DNA of 64,000 bases from Eledone cirrhosa (GCA_964016885.1 OZ024742.1:196788001-196852000); one strand, 5' to 3'. Counted from the stretch's first letter, positions 40,442 to 55,119 are shown. The notes: a model not told the origin generated them from the sequence alone. Numbers and translations: made by a program.

Positions 40442-40459
40442 ATTAATGTAGCTGTTACA

Positions 40460-41402
40460 CAAATGTGTATGCTTACATCTCTGCATTTATAAGGTATATG
40501 TGTATGCTAGTAACTATGCTTGTTTAAATGTGTGTGCTTACATCTTTCCATTTATAAGGTATTATATGTGTATGTATGCTAGTAGCTATGCTTGTGTAAA
40601 TGTGTGTGCTTATATCTTACCCCTTATAAGCTATGTGCATATGTATGCTAGTAACTATTATTATCATCATCCTCGTGTAGTGTCTATTTTTCATGTGAGC
40701 AGGGGTTAGACATCTCGTCACAAACAAGTCAGTATTGAAATGGAGCCACTGGCCTCCAGATGGGCTGGGAGCCTGATATATGATCCAATACTCCAGCAAT
40801 TACATTTTATCATGCTACCAATACTAGGGAAGTTGTCATATCCTTGACACAGCTGAAGAGTTCTTCTGACCCTTTGTTCAGCAGGTTTTACACAGCTGGA
40901 TGCCCTTTCTATCATTAATATCTTGACAAAATGTACTGTCTACATTTATCATGTGGATCACCAACACTAGGGTGTTGTCACGGCTAAGGCACAACTGAAG
41001 AGTCATCCAGACACTTTGTTTAGCAAAGTTTCTATGGCTGGATTCCCTTCTTATTACCAACAACTTTACAGAATGAACTATAGTTGTGAAAATGTGTAAC
41101 AACTTTAAAGACTGTACTATATTTGTGTAAATATGTATGCTTACATGCCTATGTTTATAATATATCTGTATGTATGCTAGTAACTATATTTGTGTAAATA
41201 TATATGCTTACTTGCCTATGTTTATAAGATATGTGTGTATGTATGTTGGTAACTATATCTATCTAAATATGTATGCTTACAAGTCTGTGTTTATAACATA
41301 TGTGTGTATGTATGCTCGTAATCCTGTTTACATAAATGTATATGCTTACATGCCTGTGTTGATATGATATGTCTGTATGTATGCTGGTAACTGTATTTGT
41401 AA
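40460..41402. repeat. About 69-bp AT-rich minisatellite split by a decayed RTE-tail-like insert (about 40660-41110)
   Basis: Recurrent tgtatgctagtaactat...tgcttacat units on both sides of the insert. Confidence 0.75.
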
Positions 41403-42059
41403 CTATATTATATTGGATTGCAGAAAGATAATTCAGTTTCATGTTAAAATAGTAATTATAATCGAAAGTTCTTTAGAGAGGACAGAGTAGTTTGATTTTT
41501 TCCAATGTTCTATTGTTTTATTCAAACATTTATCAACATATTTGAAGAAACTAGAATAACTAGAAGAAAACAGAACCTGTTGAGATACAAACTCTTTATA
41601 TTATGAATTATTATGGGAGTTAAAATCACAGTTTGGAAAATTTTTAAAAATGACAAGAATGCAAAAATCTTATAGAAATGTTTTAAGGTGTCTTAAGTTA
41701 CACTAAATATATTCTGTTAACTGAGATTCAGAAGAATCATAAAGCTGTACTGTATGATTTGAACATTATCAAATTCTAGGTCAATAATAATTGTTTCTAC
41801 TATTGTCACAAGGCCAGCAATTACCCAGTACATTACTGGTACTTTATTTTATCAACCCTGTAAGGATGAAAGGCAAAGTTAACCTCGGCGGGATTTGAAC
41901 TCAGAATGGCAAGGACCGTAACTCTATGCGTCAAAGCATGGCATCTGACCCTCTACCGATACTGCCAATCCAAATGTTTGCAGTGATAATATTTTCTTGT
42001 AGACACCCAATACTTAATAGAACTCATAATTTGATACCAGTTATTATTTTTTTAATGGA

Positions 42060-42832
42060 ATATATAATTTATAAATTGTTGATGAGAAATAAAGTGGGCA
42101 TGCTTTGATGGATGTGTGATGTTAATGTGCTTGAAGGGCAAAGCATGGGTGAACTGATAGAAAAACTGAGTATAAGAGGAATCAAATGTAGTGTGCAAAA
42201 GAGAAGATTGTGCTAGTGTGGTCTGATGGTGTATATGGATAATGATCTTTGGGTGAAGAAGTACCAGGAGTTCCCAGTGGAAAGAAGCAGCATTAGAAGA
42301 AGACCAAGGAAGACCCTGGACAGACATGGTGAGAGCATATACCAAAATGTTGAACCTCACAGAGATAACAAAGCATAGCAATGAGTGGAGGTAAGAAAGC
42401 TGTGCTGGAAAACTCCCATCCAACCCATGCAAGTATGGAAAAGGGTACATAATTAGGATGATGATCATGATGATGATCATGATGATGATCATGATGATGA
42501 AGATGACGATGATGATGACCACGATGATGATGACAATGATTATGAAGATGATAATGATGACAATGACGATGACGATGACGATGACGATGACAATGACAAT
42601 GATTATGAGGATGATGATGATGATGATGATGATGATAATGATGACGACGACGATGATGATGATGATAATGGTGATGATAATGATGATGATGATGACAATG
42701 ATCATGAAGATGATACTGATGTTGATGTTGATGATGATGATGATGATGATGATGACGATGACAATGATTATGATGATGATGACGGTGATAATGATGACGA
42801 TGATGACGAAGATTATGATGATGATGATGATC
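42060..42832 (+). mobile_element. Old RTE 3' fragment followed by a long degenerate (GAT)n tail (42457-42832)
   Basis: Decayed ERNK.GML*WMC, RPRKT motifs, cccatgcaagtatggaaaa tail motif. Confidence 0.8.
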
Positions 42833-42937
42833 AAAGTTGTTTTTGAGTGAAAAAGAATTATTTGAGAAATGGTTGATGAGAGAAGTAGGGGTGTTAATGT
42901 TGCATAAGTGGTGAAATAAATACGTCTTCTGACAAAC

Positions 42938-43084
42938 CGGCAGTCCTGGCATGCCAGGCATTCCTGTTTGTCCCCGAAGTCCTCTAGGTCCAGTAACACC
43001 TGATGGTCCTGGCATTCCAGGTATTCCAGGGGGTCCTTGTGGGCCCTGGGTGCCAGGTTCACCTGTAGCCCCTCTCTCACCAGG
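42938..43084 (-). CDS. FACIT-like collagen exon (147 bp): [49 protein letters not shown] (end of COL2-like domain)
   Basis: P plus 16 perfect Gly-X-Y triplets; acceptor ttcttcctattgaaag; donor GTTTGT. Confidence 0.93.
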
Positions 43085-43228
43085 CTTTCAATAGGAAGAA
43101 ATAAATAAAAGAACATATTTTTATTAAATCACTTAAGAAAGTTTATAAAATACTTGATTAAAAAAAACCTCAATTTACAATGGACTCTTCTGCTTGTTAG
43201 GAGACTCAAGAGCAGCTTAGATGGTTCA

Positions 43229-46200
43229 ATGAGTGGCCACTCATATAATGGAATGGGCCTCAGTCAGTGTAGACGATGAGTGGCCACTCATATAATGGAA
43301 TGAGTCTCAGTCAGTGTAGACGATGAGTGGCCACTCATATAATGGAATGGGCCTCAGTCAGTGTAGACGATGAGTGACCATACATATAATGGAATGGGCC
43401 TCAGTCAGTGTAGACAATCAGTGACCACACATATAATGGAATGGGCCTCAGTCAGTGTAGACGATGAGTGACCACACATATAATGGAATGGAATGGGTCT
43501 CAGTCAGTGTAGACGATGAGTGGCCACACATATAATGGAATGGGCCTCAGTCAGTGTAGACGATGAGTGACCACTCATATAATGGAATGGGCCTCAGTCA
43601 GTGTAGACGATGAGTGACCACTCATATAATGGAATGGGCCTCAGTCAGTGTAGACGATGAGTGACCACTCATATAATGGAATGGGTCTCAGTCAGTGTAG
43701 ACGATGAGTGGCCACTCATATAATGGAATGGGCCTCAGTCAGTGTAGACGATGAGTGACCACTCATATAATGGAATGGGCCTCAGTCAGTGTAGACGATG
43801 AGTGACCACTCATATAATGGAATGGGCCTCAGTCAGTGTAGACGATGAGTGACCACTCATATAATGGAATGGGCCTCAGTCAGTGTAGACGATGAGTGAC
43901 CACACATATAATGGAATGGAATGGGTCTCAGTCAGTGTAGACGATGAGTGGCCACACATATAATGGAATGGGCCTCAGTCAGTGTAGACGATGAGTGGCC
44001 ACTCATATAATGGAATGGGCCTCAGTCAGTGTAGACGATGAGTGGCCACTCATATAATGGAATGGGCCTCAGTCAGTGTAGACGATGAGTGGCCACTCAT
44101 ATAATGGAATGGGCCTCAGTCAGTGTAGACGATGAGTGGCCACTCATATAATGGAATGGGCCTCAGTCAGTGTAGACGATGAGTGGCCACTCATATAATG
44201 GAATGGGCCTCAGTCAGTGTAGACGATGAGTGACCACTCATATAATGGAATGGGCCTCAGTCAGTGTAGACGATGAGTGACCACTCATATAATGGAATGG
44301 GCCTCAGTCAGTGTAGACGATGAGTGACCACACATATAATGGAATGGAATGGGTCTCAGTCAGTGTAGACGATGAGTGGCCACACATATAATGGAATGGG
44401 CCTCAGTCAGTGTAGACGATGAGTGGCCACTCATATAATGGAATGGGCCTCAGTCAGTGTAGACGATGAGTGGCCACTCATATAATGGAATGGGCCTCAG
44501 TCAGTGTAGACGATGAGTGGCCACTCATATAATGGAATGGGCCTCAGTCAGTGTAGACGATGAGTGGCCACTCATATAATGGAATGGGCCTCAGTCAGTG
44601 TAGACGATGAGTGGCCACTCATATAATGGAATGGGCCTCAGTCAGTGTAGACGATGAGTGGCCACTCATATAATGGAATGGGCCTCAGTCAGTGTAGACG
44701 ATGAGTGGCCACACATATAATGGAATGGGCCTCAGTCAGTGTAGACGATGAGTGACCACACATATAATGGAATGGGCCTCAGTCAGTGTAGACGATGAGT
44801 GACCACTCATATAATGGAATGGGCCTCAGTCAGTGTAGACGATGAGTGACCACTCATATAATGGAATGGGCCTCAGTCAGTGTAGACGATGAGTGACCAC
44901 ACATATAATGGAATGGGCCTCAGTCAGTGTAGACGATGAGTGACCACACATATAATGGAATGGGCCTCAGTCAGTGTAGACGATGAGTGACCACTCATAT
45001 AATGGAATGGGCCTCAGTCAGTGTAGACGATGAGTGACCACTCATATAATGGAATGGGCCTCAGTCAGTGTAGACGATGAGTGACCACTCATATAATGGA
45101 ATGGGCCTCAGTCAGTGTAGACGATGAGTGACCACTCATATAATGGAATGGGCCTCAGTCAGTGTAGACGATGAGTGACCACACATATAATGGAATGGGC
45201 CTCAGTCAGTGTAGACGATGAGTGACCACACATATAATGGAATGGGCCTCAGTCAGTGTAGACGATGAGTGACCACTCATATAATGGAATGGGCCTCAGT
45301 CAGTGTAGACGATGAGTGACCACTCATATAATGGAATGGGCCTCAGTCAGTGTAGACGATGAGTGACCACTCATATAATGGAATGGGCCTCAGTCAGTGT
45401 AGACGATGAGTGACCACTCATATAATGGAATGGGCCTCAGTCAGTGTAGACGATGAGTGACCACACATATAATGGAATGGGCCTCAGTCAGTGTAGACGA
45501 TGAGTGACCACACATATAATGGAATGGGCCTCAGTCAGTGTAGACGATGAGTGACCACTCATATAATGGAATGGGCCTCAGTCAGTGTAGACGATGAGTG
45601 ACCACTCATATAATGGAATGGGCCTCAGTCAGTGTAGACGATGAGTGACCACTCATATAATGGAATGGGCCTCAGTCAGTGTAGACGATGAGTGACCACT
45701 CATATAATGGAATGGGCCTCAGTCAGTGTAGACGATGAGTGACCACTCATATAATGGAATGGGCCTCAGTCAGTGTAGACGATGAGTGGCCACTCATATA
45801 ATGGAATGGGCCTCAGTCAGTGTAGACGATGAGTGACCATACATATAATGGAATGGGCCTCAGTCAGTGTAGACAATCAGTGACCACACATATAATGGAA
45901 TGGGCCTCAGTCAGTGTAGACGATGAGTGACCACACATATAATGGAATGGGCCTCAGTCAGTGTAGACGATGAGTGACCACACATATAATGGAATGGGCC
46001 TCAGTCAGTGTAGACGATGAGTGACCACACATATAATGGAATGGAATGGGTCTCAGTCAGTGTAGACGATGAGTGGCCACACATATAATGGAATGGGCCT
46101 CAGTCAGTGTAGACGATGAGTGACCACTCATATAATGGAATGGGCCTCAGTCAGTGTAGACGATGAGTGACCACTCATATAATGGAATGGGCCTCAGTCA

Positions 46201-49200
46201 GTGTAGACGATGAGTGGCCACTCATATAATGGAATGGGCCTCAGTCAGTGTAGACGATGAGTGGCCACTCATATAATGGAATGGGCCTCAGTCAGTGTAG
46301 ACGATGAGTGACCATACATATAATGGAATGGGCCTCAGTCAGTGTAGACAATCAGTGACCACACATATAATGGAATGGGCCTCAGTCAGTGTAGACGATG
46401 AGTGACCACACATATAATGGAATGGGCCTCAGTCAGTGTAGACGATGAGTGACCACACATATAATGGAATGGGCCTCAGTCAGTGTAGACGATGAGTGAC
46501 CACACATATAATGGAATGGAATGGGTCTCAGTCAGTGTAGACGATGAGTGGCCACACATATAATGGAATGGGCCTCAGTCAGTGTAGACGATGAGTGACC
46601 ACTCATATAATGGAATGGGCCTCAGTCAGTGTAGACGATGAGTGACCACTCATATAATGGAATGGGCCTCAGTCAGTGTAGACGATGAGTGGCCACTCAT
46701 ATAATGGAATGGGCCTCAGTCAGTGTAGACGATGAGTGACCACTCATATAATGGAATGGGCCTCAGTCAGTGTAGACGATGAGTGGCCACTCATATAATG
46801 GAATGGGCCTCAGTCAGTGTAGACGATGAGTGACCACACATATAATGGAATGGGCCTCAGTCAGTGTAGACGATGAGTGACCACTCATATAATGGAATGG
46901 GCCTCAGTCAGTGTAGACGATGAGTGACCACACATATAATGGAATGGGCCTCAGTCAGTGTAGACGATGAGTGACCACTCATATAATGGAATGGGCCTCA
47001 GTCAGTGTAGACGATGAGTGACCACACATATAATGGAATGGGCCTCAGTCAGTGTAGACGATGAGTGACCACACATATAATGGAATGGAATGGGTCTCAG
47101 TCAGTGTAGACGATGAGTGGCCACACATATAATGGAATGGGCCTCAGTCAGTGTAGACGATGAGTGACCACTCATATAATGGAATGGGCCTCAGTCAGTG
47201 TAGACGATGAGTGACCACACATATAATGGAATGGGCCTCAGTCAGTGTAGACGATGAGTGACCACTCATATAATGGAATGGGCCTCAGTCAGTGTAGACG
47301 ATCAGTGACCACTCATATAATGGAATGGGCCTCAGTCAGTGTAGACGATGAGTGGCCACACATATAATGGAATGGGCCTCAGTCAGTGTAGACGATGAGT
47401 GACCACACATATAATGGAATGGGCCTCAGTCAGTGTAGACGATGAGTGACCACACATATAATGGAATGGGCCTCAGTCAGTGTAGACGATGAGTGACCAC
47501 TCATATAATGGAATGGGCCTCAGTCAGTGTAGACGATGAGTGACCACACATATAATGGAATGGGCCTCAGTCAGTGTAGACGATGAGTGACCACACATAT
47601 AATGGAATGGGCCTCAGTCAGTGTAGACGATCAGTGGCCACACATATAATGGAATGGGCCTCAGTCAGTGTAGACGATGAGTGACCACACATATAATGGA
47701 ATGGGCCTCAGTCAGTGTAGACGATGAGTGACCACACATATAATGGAATGGGCCTCAGTCAGTGTAGACGATCAGTGACCACTCATATAATGGAATGGGC
47801 CTCAGTCAGTGTAGACGATGAGTGACCACACATATAATGGAATGGGCCTCAGTCAGTGTAGACGATGAGTGACCACACATATAATGGAATGGGCCTCAGT
47901 CAGTGTAGACGATCAGTGACCACTCATATAATGGAATGGGCCTCAGTCAGTGTAGACGATGAGTGACCACACATATAATGGAATGGAATGGGCCTCAGTC
48001 AGTGTAGACGATCAGTGGCCACACATATAATGGAATGGGCCTCAGTCAGTGTAGACGATGAGTGACCACACATATAATGGAATGGGCCTCAGTCAGTGTA
48101 GACGATGAGTGACCACACATATAATGGAATGGGCCTCAGTCAGTGTAGACGATGAGTGACCACACATATAATGGAATGGGCCTCAGTCAGTGTAGACGAT
48201 CAGTGACCACTCATATAATGGAATGGGCCTCAGTCAGTGTAGACGATGAGTGACCACTCATATAATGGAATGGGCCTCAGTCAGTGTAGACGATCAGTGG
48301 CCACACATATAATGGAATGGGCCTCAGTCAGTGTAGACGATGAGTGACCACACATATAATGGAATGGGTCTCAGTCAGTGTAGACGATCAGTGACCACTC
48401 ATATAATGGAATGGGCCTCAGTCAGTGTAGACGATGAGTGGCCACACATATAATGGAATGGGTCTCAGTCAGTGTAGACGATGAGTGGCCACACATATAA
48501 TGGAATGGGCCTCAGTCAGTGTAGACGATGAGTGACCACACATATAATGGAATGGGCCTCAGTCAGTGTCAATGATGAGTGACCACACATATAATGGAAT
48601 GGGCCTCAGTCAGTGTCAATGATGAGTGACCACACATATAATGGAATGGGCCTGTCAGTGTAGACGATGAGTGACCACACATATAATGGAATGGGCCTCA
48701 GTCAGTGTAGACGATGAGTGACCACACATAATGGAATGGGCCTCAGTCAGTGTAGACGATGAGTGGCCACACACATATAATGGAATGGGCCTCAGTCAGT
48801 GTAGACGATGAGTGACCACACATATAATGGAATGGGCCTCAGTCAGTGTAGACGATGAGTGGCCACACATATAATGGAATGGGCCTCAGTCAGTGTAGAC
48901 GATGAGTGACCACACATATAATGGAATGGGCCTCAGTCAGTGTAGACGATCAGTGACCACTCATATAATGGAATGGGCCTCAGTCAGTGTAGACGATGAG
49001 TGGCCACACATATAATGGAATGGGCCTCAGTCAGTGTAGACGATGAGTGACCACACACATAATGGAATGGGCCTCAGTCAGTGTAGACGATGAGTGATGA
49101 CACATATAATGGAATGGGCCTCAGTCAGTGTAGACGATGAGTGGCCACACATATAATGGAATGGGCCTCAGTCAGTGTAGACGATGAGTGGCCACACATA

Positions 49201-49663
49201 TAATGGAATGGGCCTCAGTCAGTGTAGACGATGAGTGGCCACACATATAATGGAATGGGCCTCAGTCAGTGTAGACGATCAGTGGCCACACATATAATGG
49301 AATGGGCCTCAGTCAGTGTAGACGATGAGTGGCCACACATATAATGGAATGGGCCTCAGTCAGTGTAGACGATGAGTGACCACACATATAATGGAATGGG
49401 CCTCAGTCAGTGTAGACGATGAGTGGTCACACATATAATGGAATGGGCCTCAGTCAGTGTAGACGATGAGTGACCACACATATAATGGAATGGGCCTCAG
49501 TCAGTGTCGTGGATGAGTGGCCACACATATGGAATGGTCCTCAGTCAGTGTCAATGATGAGCGATCCTCCACATATAATGGAATGGTCTTTCATCAGTGT
49601 CATTGATGAGTGACCCCCCCCACATATGATGGAATGGACCTCGGTCAGTGTTAATGATGAGTA
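43229..49663. repeat. 6.4-kb intronic tandem array of a 47-bp unit (about 137 copies)
   Basis: Unit gatgagtgRccacWcatataatggaatgggcctcagtcagtgtagac; period 47 by coordinate; degenerate right edge. Confidence 0.98.
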
Positions 49664-50103
49664 TTCCAGTTGTTCAATCAATGTAACAGCCTGCTCATGA
49701 AATTTACATGTAAGTAGCTGAGCATTCTGCAGATGTGTATACCCTTTATGTCATTCTCAGGGAGATTTAGATGACATAGTGAGTGACAAGGCTGGCCCGT
49801 TTGAATTACAGGTACTGTCCAATAGACAGGCTTCCAAACAGTCCCTGTCGGCCAAATTTCACTTAGAAGGCATGGGTGACCTGAGACTATGGTAAAAGAC
49901 ATTTGACCCAGATGTCACACAGTGGGATTGAACTCGTAACTAACCATGTCTCCACAACCACACATAAATATTCTAATATATGTTCATCATCCTTTTCTCT
50001 CATTTAAACTTTGGACTGATCCATTATTCTATATATACAAATCAATTGAGGGTGCACAGCTTTAAAGAAATATAAGAAATATGGTTAAATATAAATATCT
50101 TAC

Positions 50104-50136
50104 CATCCCAGTAGGGCCATTTTGTCCAGGCTGACC
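50104..50136 (-). CDS. FACIT-like collagen exon (33 bp): GQPGQNGPTGM
   Basis: cttttag acceptor, GTAAGA donor; the final GM triplet is completed by the P that starts the next exon. Confidence 0.9.
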
Positions 50137-52175
50137 CTAAAAGGAAAAGTAAAAGCAAAAGCAAGAAACTTTATTTATTTGATAAAAAGTTTAAAATGTT
50201 AAAGTCTGTCCAAAGCCTGGAGGTTCATCAGGCCTTTGCTGTCCCCCGTTTCATTGTTGCTAAGCAACTGAGAGTACCAGATAGGATTCCAGTCCTTTGC
50301 AAAGTTAACTCCTGCTTCAGCTAGTATATCTTTTCAGCTAAGTGTACTGGAGCAACATGAAATGAAGTGTTTTGCTCAAGAACACAACACACCACCCAGT
50401 CCAGGAATCGAACCCATGACATTTTGAGCATAAACCCAACACCCTAACCACTAGGCTACATGCCTTTACTTTATTTGGTGCCAATTACCAAATATTATTT
50501 TTCTAATTTTGTCTATGTTTATGTTGTTGTAACTCCCACCTGAGTAGATTTAACTGACCTCCTACGAGGTTGCATCTCATAGAAGATTTCTAGAGTATTC
50601 TAATTATATGAAATCTTAGTTTTATCATGTTGTGACTACTAACATACTTAGTATATTGAACCAAGAAAATTATTCCAGCAGCAAGGAGGGAAAATAACAT
50701 TATTTTACTGATAAAATTCTGGTCAAGAAGGGTAAAGGAGATAACCCTGAAATTTATTAGTTACAAAATGATGTAAATTCAAGTGGAGAATAACAATCAC
50801 CCACATGATATCCAAAATAGAAACTAGGGAGGTGGTAGGGTTAATTATCAGTATTTGTATATTACATCATCTAGCTACTCTAGGTAAACATTTTAGTACT
50901 AAAAGGTCTGTATGTAATAAACTTTTCATTTATGTACTTCATTGCAAATGACGTTTTTTGATTCTTAAAACAACTCCTGTTTAGTGTGTTGTAGTCTATT
51001 TACCATAATTCATGGCTTTTCAGATGTATAAAATGTCTCTAAAAACCACTCTAGCTCCTGTAATTAGAGGCATCCTTCAGAAGAAAGATGATGACCCAGT
51101 ATGTGTCTGGGAAACATATACACCATGTCCAAACACAAAGGAACCAAACTCCCAGTGTCACTGCCTCCATCTCTCCTGCTTTCCCTATCTCTCTACAAGC
51201 TGAAGGTCAGTCACAAGAGTTACAAATTTGGAGTGAGGTGTTCAAGCTAAAATAAAGCATTCTGCAAGTGAGCATTAAACCTATCATATGTTTTAACCTA
51301 CCCATAATTGAAACTTAACTTTTTTTCTGTATCCAAAATTGTATTATACAATAGATTAGGCCTTATAACACGCTGTGGCCTACCAAATATAAATTTACTT
51401 TATTGTACAGTACGGCAGGCCATATAACTTACTGTGGACCCCGTACCTCGTCACTTGTACATATTATACAATGAACACTGTCTCTGAAAAAAGAAAAATA
51501 ATAGCCACGAAATAACCCATAAATTTATAAGAAGTAAACAATGTTATCCACAAAGGATTTTAAATGTGAGTCACAAAAGAATTAGATCTCATATAAAGGT
51601 AAAGATCCCCTTTGGTCACAAAGGACCATGGTATTTGTACCTAGAAAGTTCCTCTCCGAGGTGCAAGTCCGGGCAAGTTTGTGGAAGACAAGCCGTCGCC
51701 CATGCATACCGGTCTCCCTTCTCCATGCCAATGTTATCCAAGGGAAAGGCAAAGGCCAATACAACTTGGCACCAGTGACAACTTATTTCTACAGCTGAGT
51801 GGATCAATGTGAAATAAAGTGTCTTGCTCAAGGACACAATGCTCTTCCAGTCCGTGGATTGAACTAACAGCCTCAAAATTGCAAGCCCAACACTCTAACC
51901 ACTAATCCATGCACCTTTACATATAATGTTATCGTATAAACATTGTTTTTTAATCTTACAAATAGATCTTAAAACTATAGGAGAGAGTGTTGGGGAGAGA
52001 TATTTTCTCTTGTTGAAGAAAAACAAATATAGATCATGACTCCATGCAAATTAGAATTGTGTTAACTATAAAAAATATAATTGATACCTCACTCTCACAT
52101 ATATATCGAGAAAGTAGCAACAAAATTTCATGAGAATTGATCATGTTAAGAGTATTTTTAATGTGATTTAATTAC

Positions 52176-52232
52176 CTGTGGGCCGTAAGCCATTGATGGT
52201 CCATCTGATCCAGAAACACCATAGGTATCTCC
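52176..52232 (-). CDS. FACIT-like collagen exon (57 bp, phase 0-0) with helix interruptions: GDTYGVSGSDGPSMAYGPQ
   Basis: ttttttag acceptor, CAG/GTAAT donor, frame preserved, Gly-X-Y with imperfections. Confidence 0.85.
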
Positions 52233-52295
52233 CTAAAAAAAGAACAGGGATTATTGTAATAAATCAACATATACATACAAAGCATTTTTAAAGAG

Positions 52296-52344
<49 letters not shown>

Positions 52345-52914
52345 AAATATATATATATATATATATTTACACACATTTAACTATATATATATATATATAT
52401 ATATGGGAATCAAGTTGAAACAGGTGGGTTTGCAAATGGATTCAACCTCTTCTCTCTCCTCTTTTTTGACGAAAGTCTATTTGTATTTCCAACCTCCTGG
52501 CGTTACCATTTACACAACTTATCTGCACCATATCCTGTTCTAGTCGAAAAACACTGACATATTGTCCCCTGTTTCTACGTTGTATAGTCTCATATGTATC
52601 TTTCCAGCAGCTTGTGCAACCTGGCCTCGGTATTAAACAATACTACCCTTATGCACAAAATTGCATTACTCAGGGGATGACTGAAGAGAAAGTTTGATGT
52701 TTTTGTCCATTCGTTTAACGTATTGTTTTTTAATCTTACAAATATACGTGTGTGTGTGTGTGTGTGTGTGTGTTTATGTATGCGTTTATGTATATATACA
52801 CACACATATAATTCTCAAATTTGCTGCAGAATTATTCATGGAACTTAAGGTATAGGAAGAATGTCATGAGATGTAAACATAATCAATAAATTATATATAT
52901 AATCCCCCCTATAC

Positions 52915-53390
52915 TTTAGCCCTGTACAGAGATGATGACCTGACAATCTCAAGTAATACGAAAGACCACACCATGGACAGGTTAGTTATGATCTAACAAA
53001 GATCTTCAAAGTGTTCGGCTTAAACATAACTGTTACTACCCACTTAACTAAAGTTGACTTTACGGACATCTCTCTGGACGCCAAGGCAGATAAATACTAC
53101 CCATATAGGAAGCCTAATGAAGAAACAGTATACATACATAGGAATTACAACCACATTCAGCTATAGTTTAAAAATCCGTGAACGGAATCAGCAGAAGAAT
53201 TTCTAGCTTATCGTCATAGTGAGGAGTAGATTGAAGTTAGCATACATATTGGATCTCCCACCTACCCCTAAAAGTTAGGAGATGAAACATAACTTGGTTT
53301 AAACCTCCATTTAATCTAGATCTCTTCATAAATACAGCTAGAAAATTCCTGTCCCTCATTAGACAATACTTCACAGATAATCATAACTAG
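52915..53390 (+). mobile_element. Penelope-like RT fragment (decayed)
   Basis: LYRDDDL, FGLNITVTT..KVDFTDISLD, YYPYRKPNE..YIHRNYNH, NITWFKPPFN motifs. Confidence 0.85.
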
Positions 53391-53863
53391 GATAAACTCT
53401 GCTAAAGTTAAAATACGCACAGGTTTTATGTCTGCTGTTATATCTGCTATTCTATTACTCACCTTGACAATGCCGTTTTGGCGAATTTATATGAAATTGA
53501 AATTGAATTATTCCGTAATAGAGTGATCACATAAGTGAATCTTCTGCAATGTTCTAGAACCCAAATCTGCACACCAGAATTATGAGGGAGCGCTGACAAC
53601 TAGTTTTGACTTGCATTGGCAGGTTAAAATGAGATTTGATAGGTTGAAAACTACAGACTAGTATGTGTTTCAGCTGAAAATGAGATTTGTCATAATGGCC
53701 ACCGAATCCTGATTGCTACACACACACACACACATACATACACACAGAGACTGCTGCTACAAACACACATGCACGTTTACTGTAACATATATAATTTTAT
53801 ATTCGCGACACCATACTTAGATATGTTTTATTAAATAGAACAATTCTAAATAAATTCACTTAC

Positions 53864-53899
53864 ACGCTCTCCTTTTGGTCCTAACAGTCCGGCAGGTCC
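53864..53899 (-). CDS. FACIT-like collagen exon (36 bp, phase 0-0): GPAGLLGPKGER
   Basis: 4 Gly-X-Y triplets flanked by tttatag and GTAAGT. Confidence 0.92.
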
Positions 53900-55119
53900 C
53901 TATAAATGAAAAAAAAAATTCAATAGTATTACCAAAATAAAATATATAAAATATATAAATCATATTTTGAAGCGATCGTTTGTATGTTTAGAAAATATCA
54001 ATTTGACTTCTTTTATATTTTGAGTTAAGTATCTGATTTTTCGCCAAAATTGGAATGATTATTTTGTTAAATATTCTTTAGTAAAATCGCAAAATATTTC
54101 GAGTCACGTCTTCCTTATTAATGGTATCATCCTGATTATTATAGGAGCTTTCGATCTTCCACGTCCTGTAATTTATTAAATATATAAACAAGGAAAATTA
54201 ATTATTTGTTCAGTTTTATTTAATTGGCGATTATCATTTTCTTCAAATTTCATTTTGTTTATCTTATTGCTGGTCATTTTATATACCTGAAATGAAAGAT
54301 GCCCCCTCCTCCCCCCAAAAGTTTGTTGAAACTAATGTAAAAAATATGTAGTTAAGTTCTAGAGTTTAGATATGGTGAGAAAAGAAACCCTGTATCAAAC
54401 GAAGAGACATTCCTTAAAGGTTAGATTCTTCTTCACCACGGCACATGAACTTATGGAAACCCACAAACTTCAAACGAAGTATAAGCTTAAGCGTATCTGG
54501 CCAAAATTCTCTCAGCTCTTTCTGTTCAATCCAGCTTTAATCGGCTCCTCATACCGATGTTCTCAAAATAAATAATATCAAAATCTCATAGATTCGATAT
54601 TATGTGAGATAATTATGTAAGGTAAAGCCTTTACCGTGAAAATATAGTAAATATAGAGTAATGTAAATGCTAAAGGTTTAAGAAAAAAATAAGTACTTAA
54701 AATGTCTTGATATTTCCACCCAATGATGGAAACAATTTCTCGTCAAATGACTGTCATATTTTATCCACAAAAGGGCAGATATAAATACATTACCGTTAAT
54801 TGTAATTGAATGCGGGCGTTGCTAGAACTAACTTCAGTGCAATAATTTTACTATTTTATCTATTTTAACGATCTTTTTCCCAAATAGATTCCGTTTACGA
54901 TGAACATTTTACGTAAAATGAAATTATTCGTTGTCAAGAAGAAAAAAAAGCGTTTTTGTCTTGAAATATAGGGATCAATTTCTTTTTCAACAAAATCTGA
55001 AATAATTTTAGAATGTAAGGAAGTTTTTGTTTTAGAAATTCAACTGCCTTTTGGCAATTAATTTATTTGAATGTATCTAATGCTTTTCTTTTGTAAATAG
55101 TTTATTAAGTATTCATAAT

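Noticed and set aside
42052-43116. Poly-Ile and poly-Met ORFs
   Set aside because: Alternative frames of the (GAT)n RTE tail
43229-49663. CRISPR-like array (palindromic repeat, regular period)
   Set aside because: No unique spacers, no cas genes, eukaryotic intron; it is a plain tandem repeat
43229-49663. Tandem hammerhead array (GATGAG followed by a small hairpin)
   Set aside because: No CUGANGA and no GAAA core in the unit
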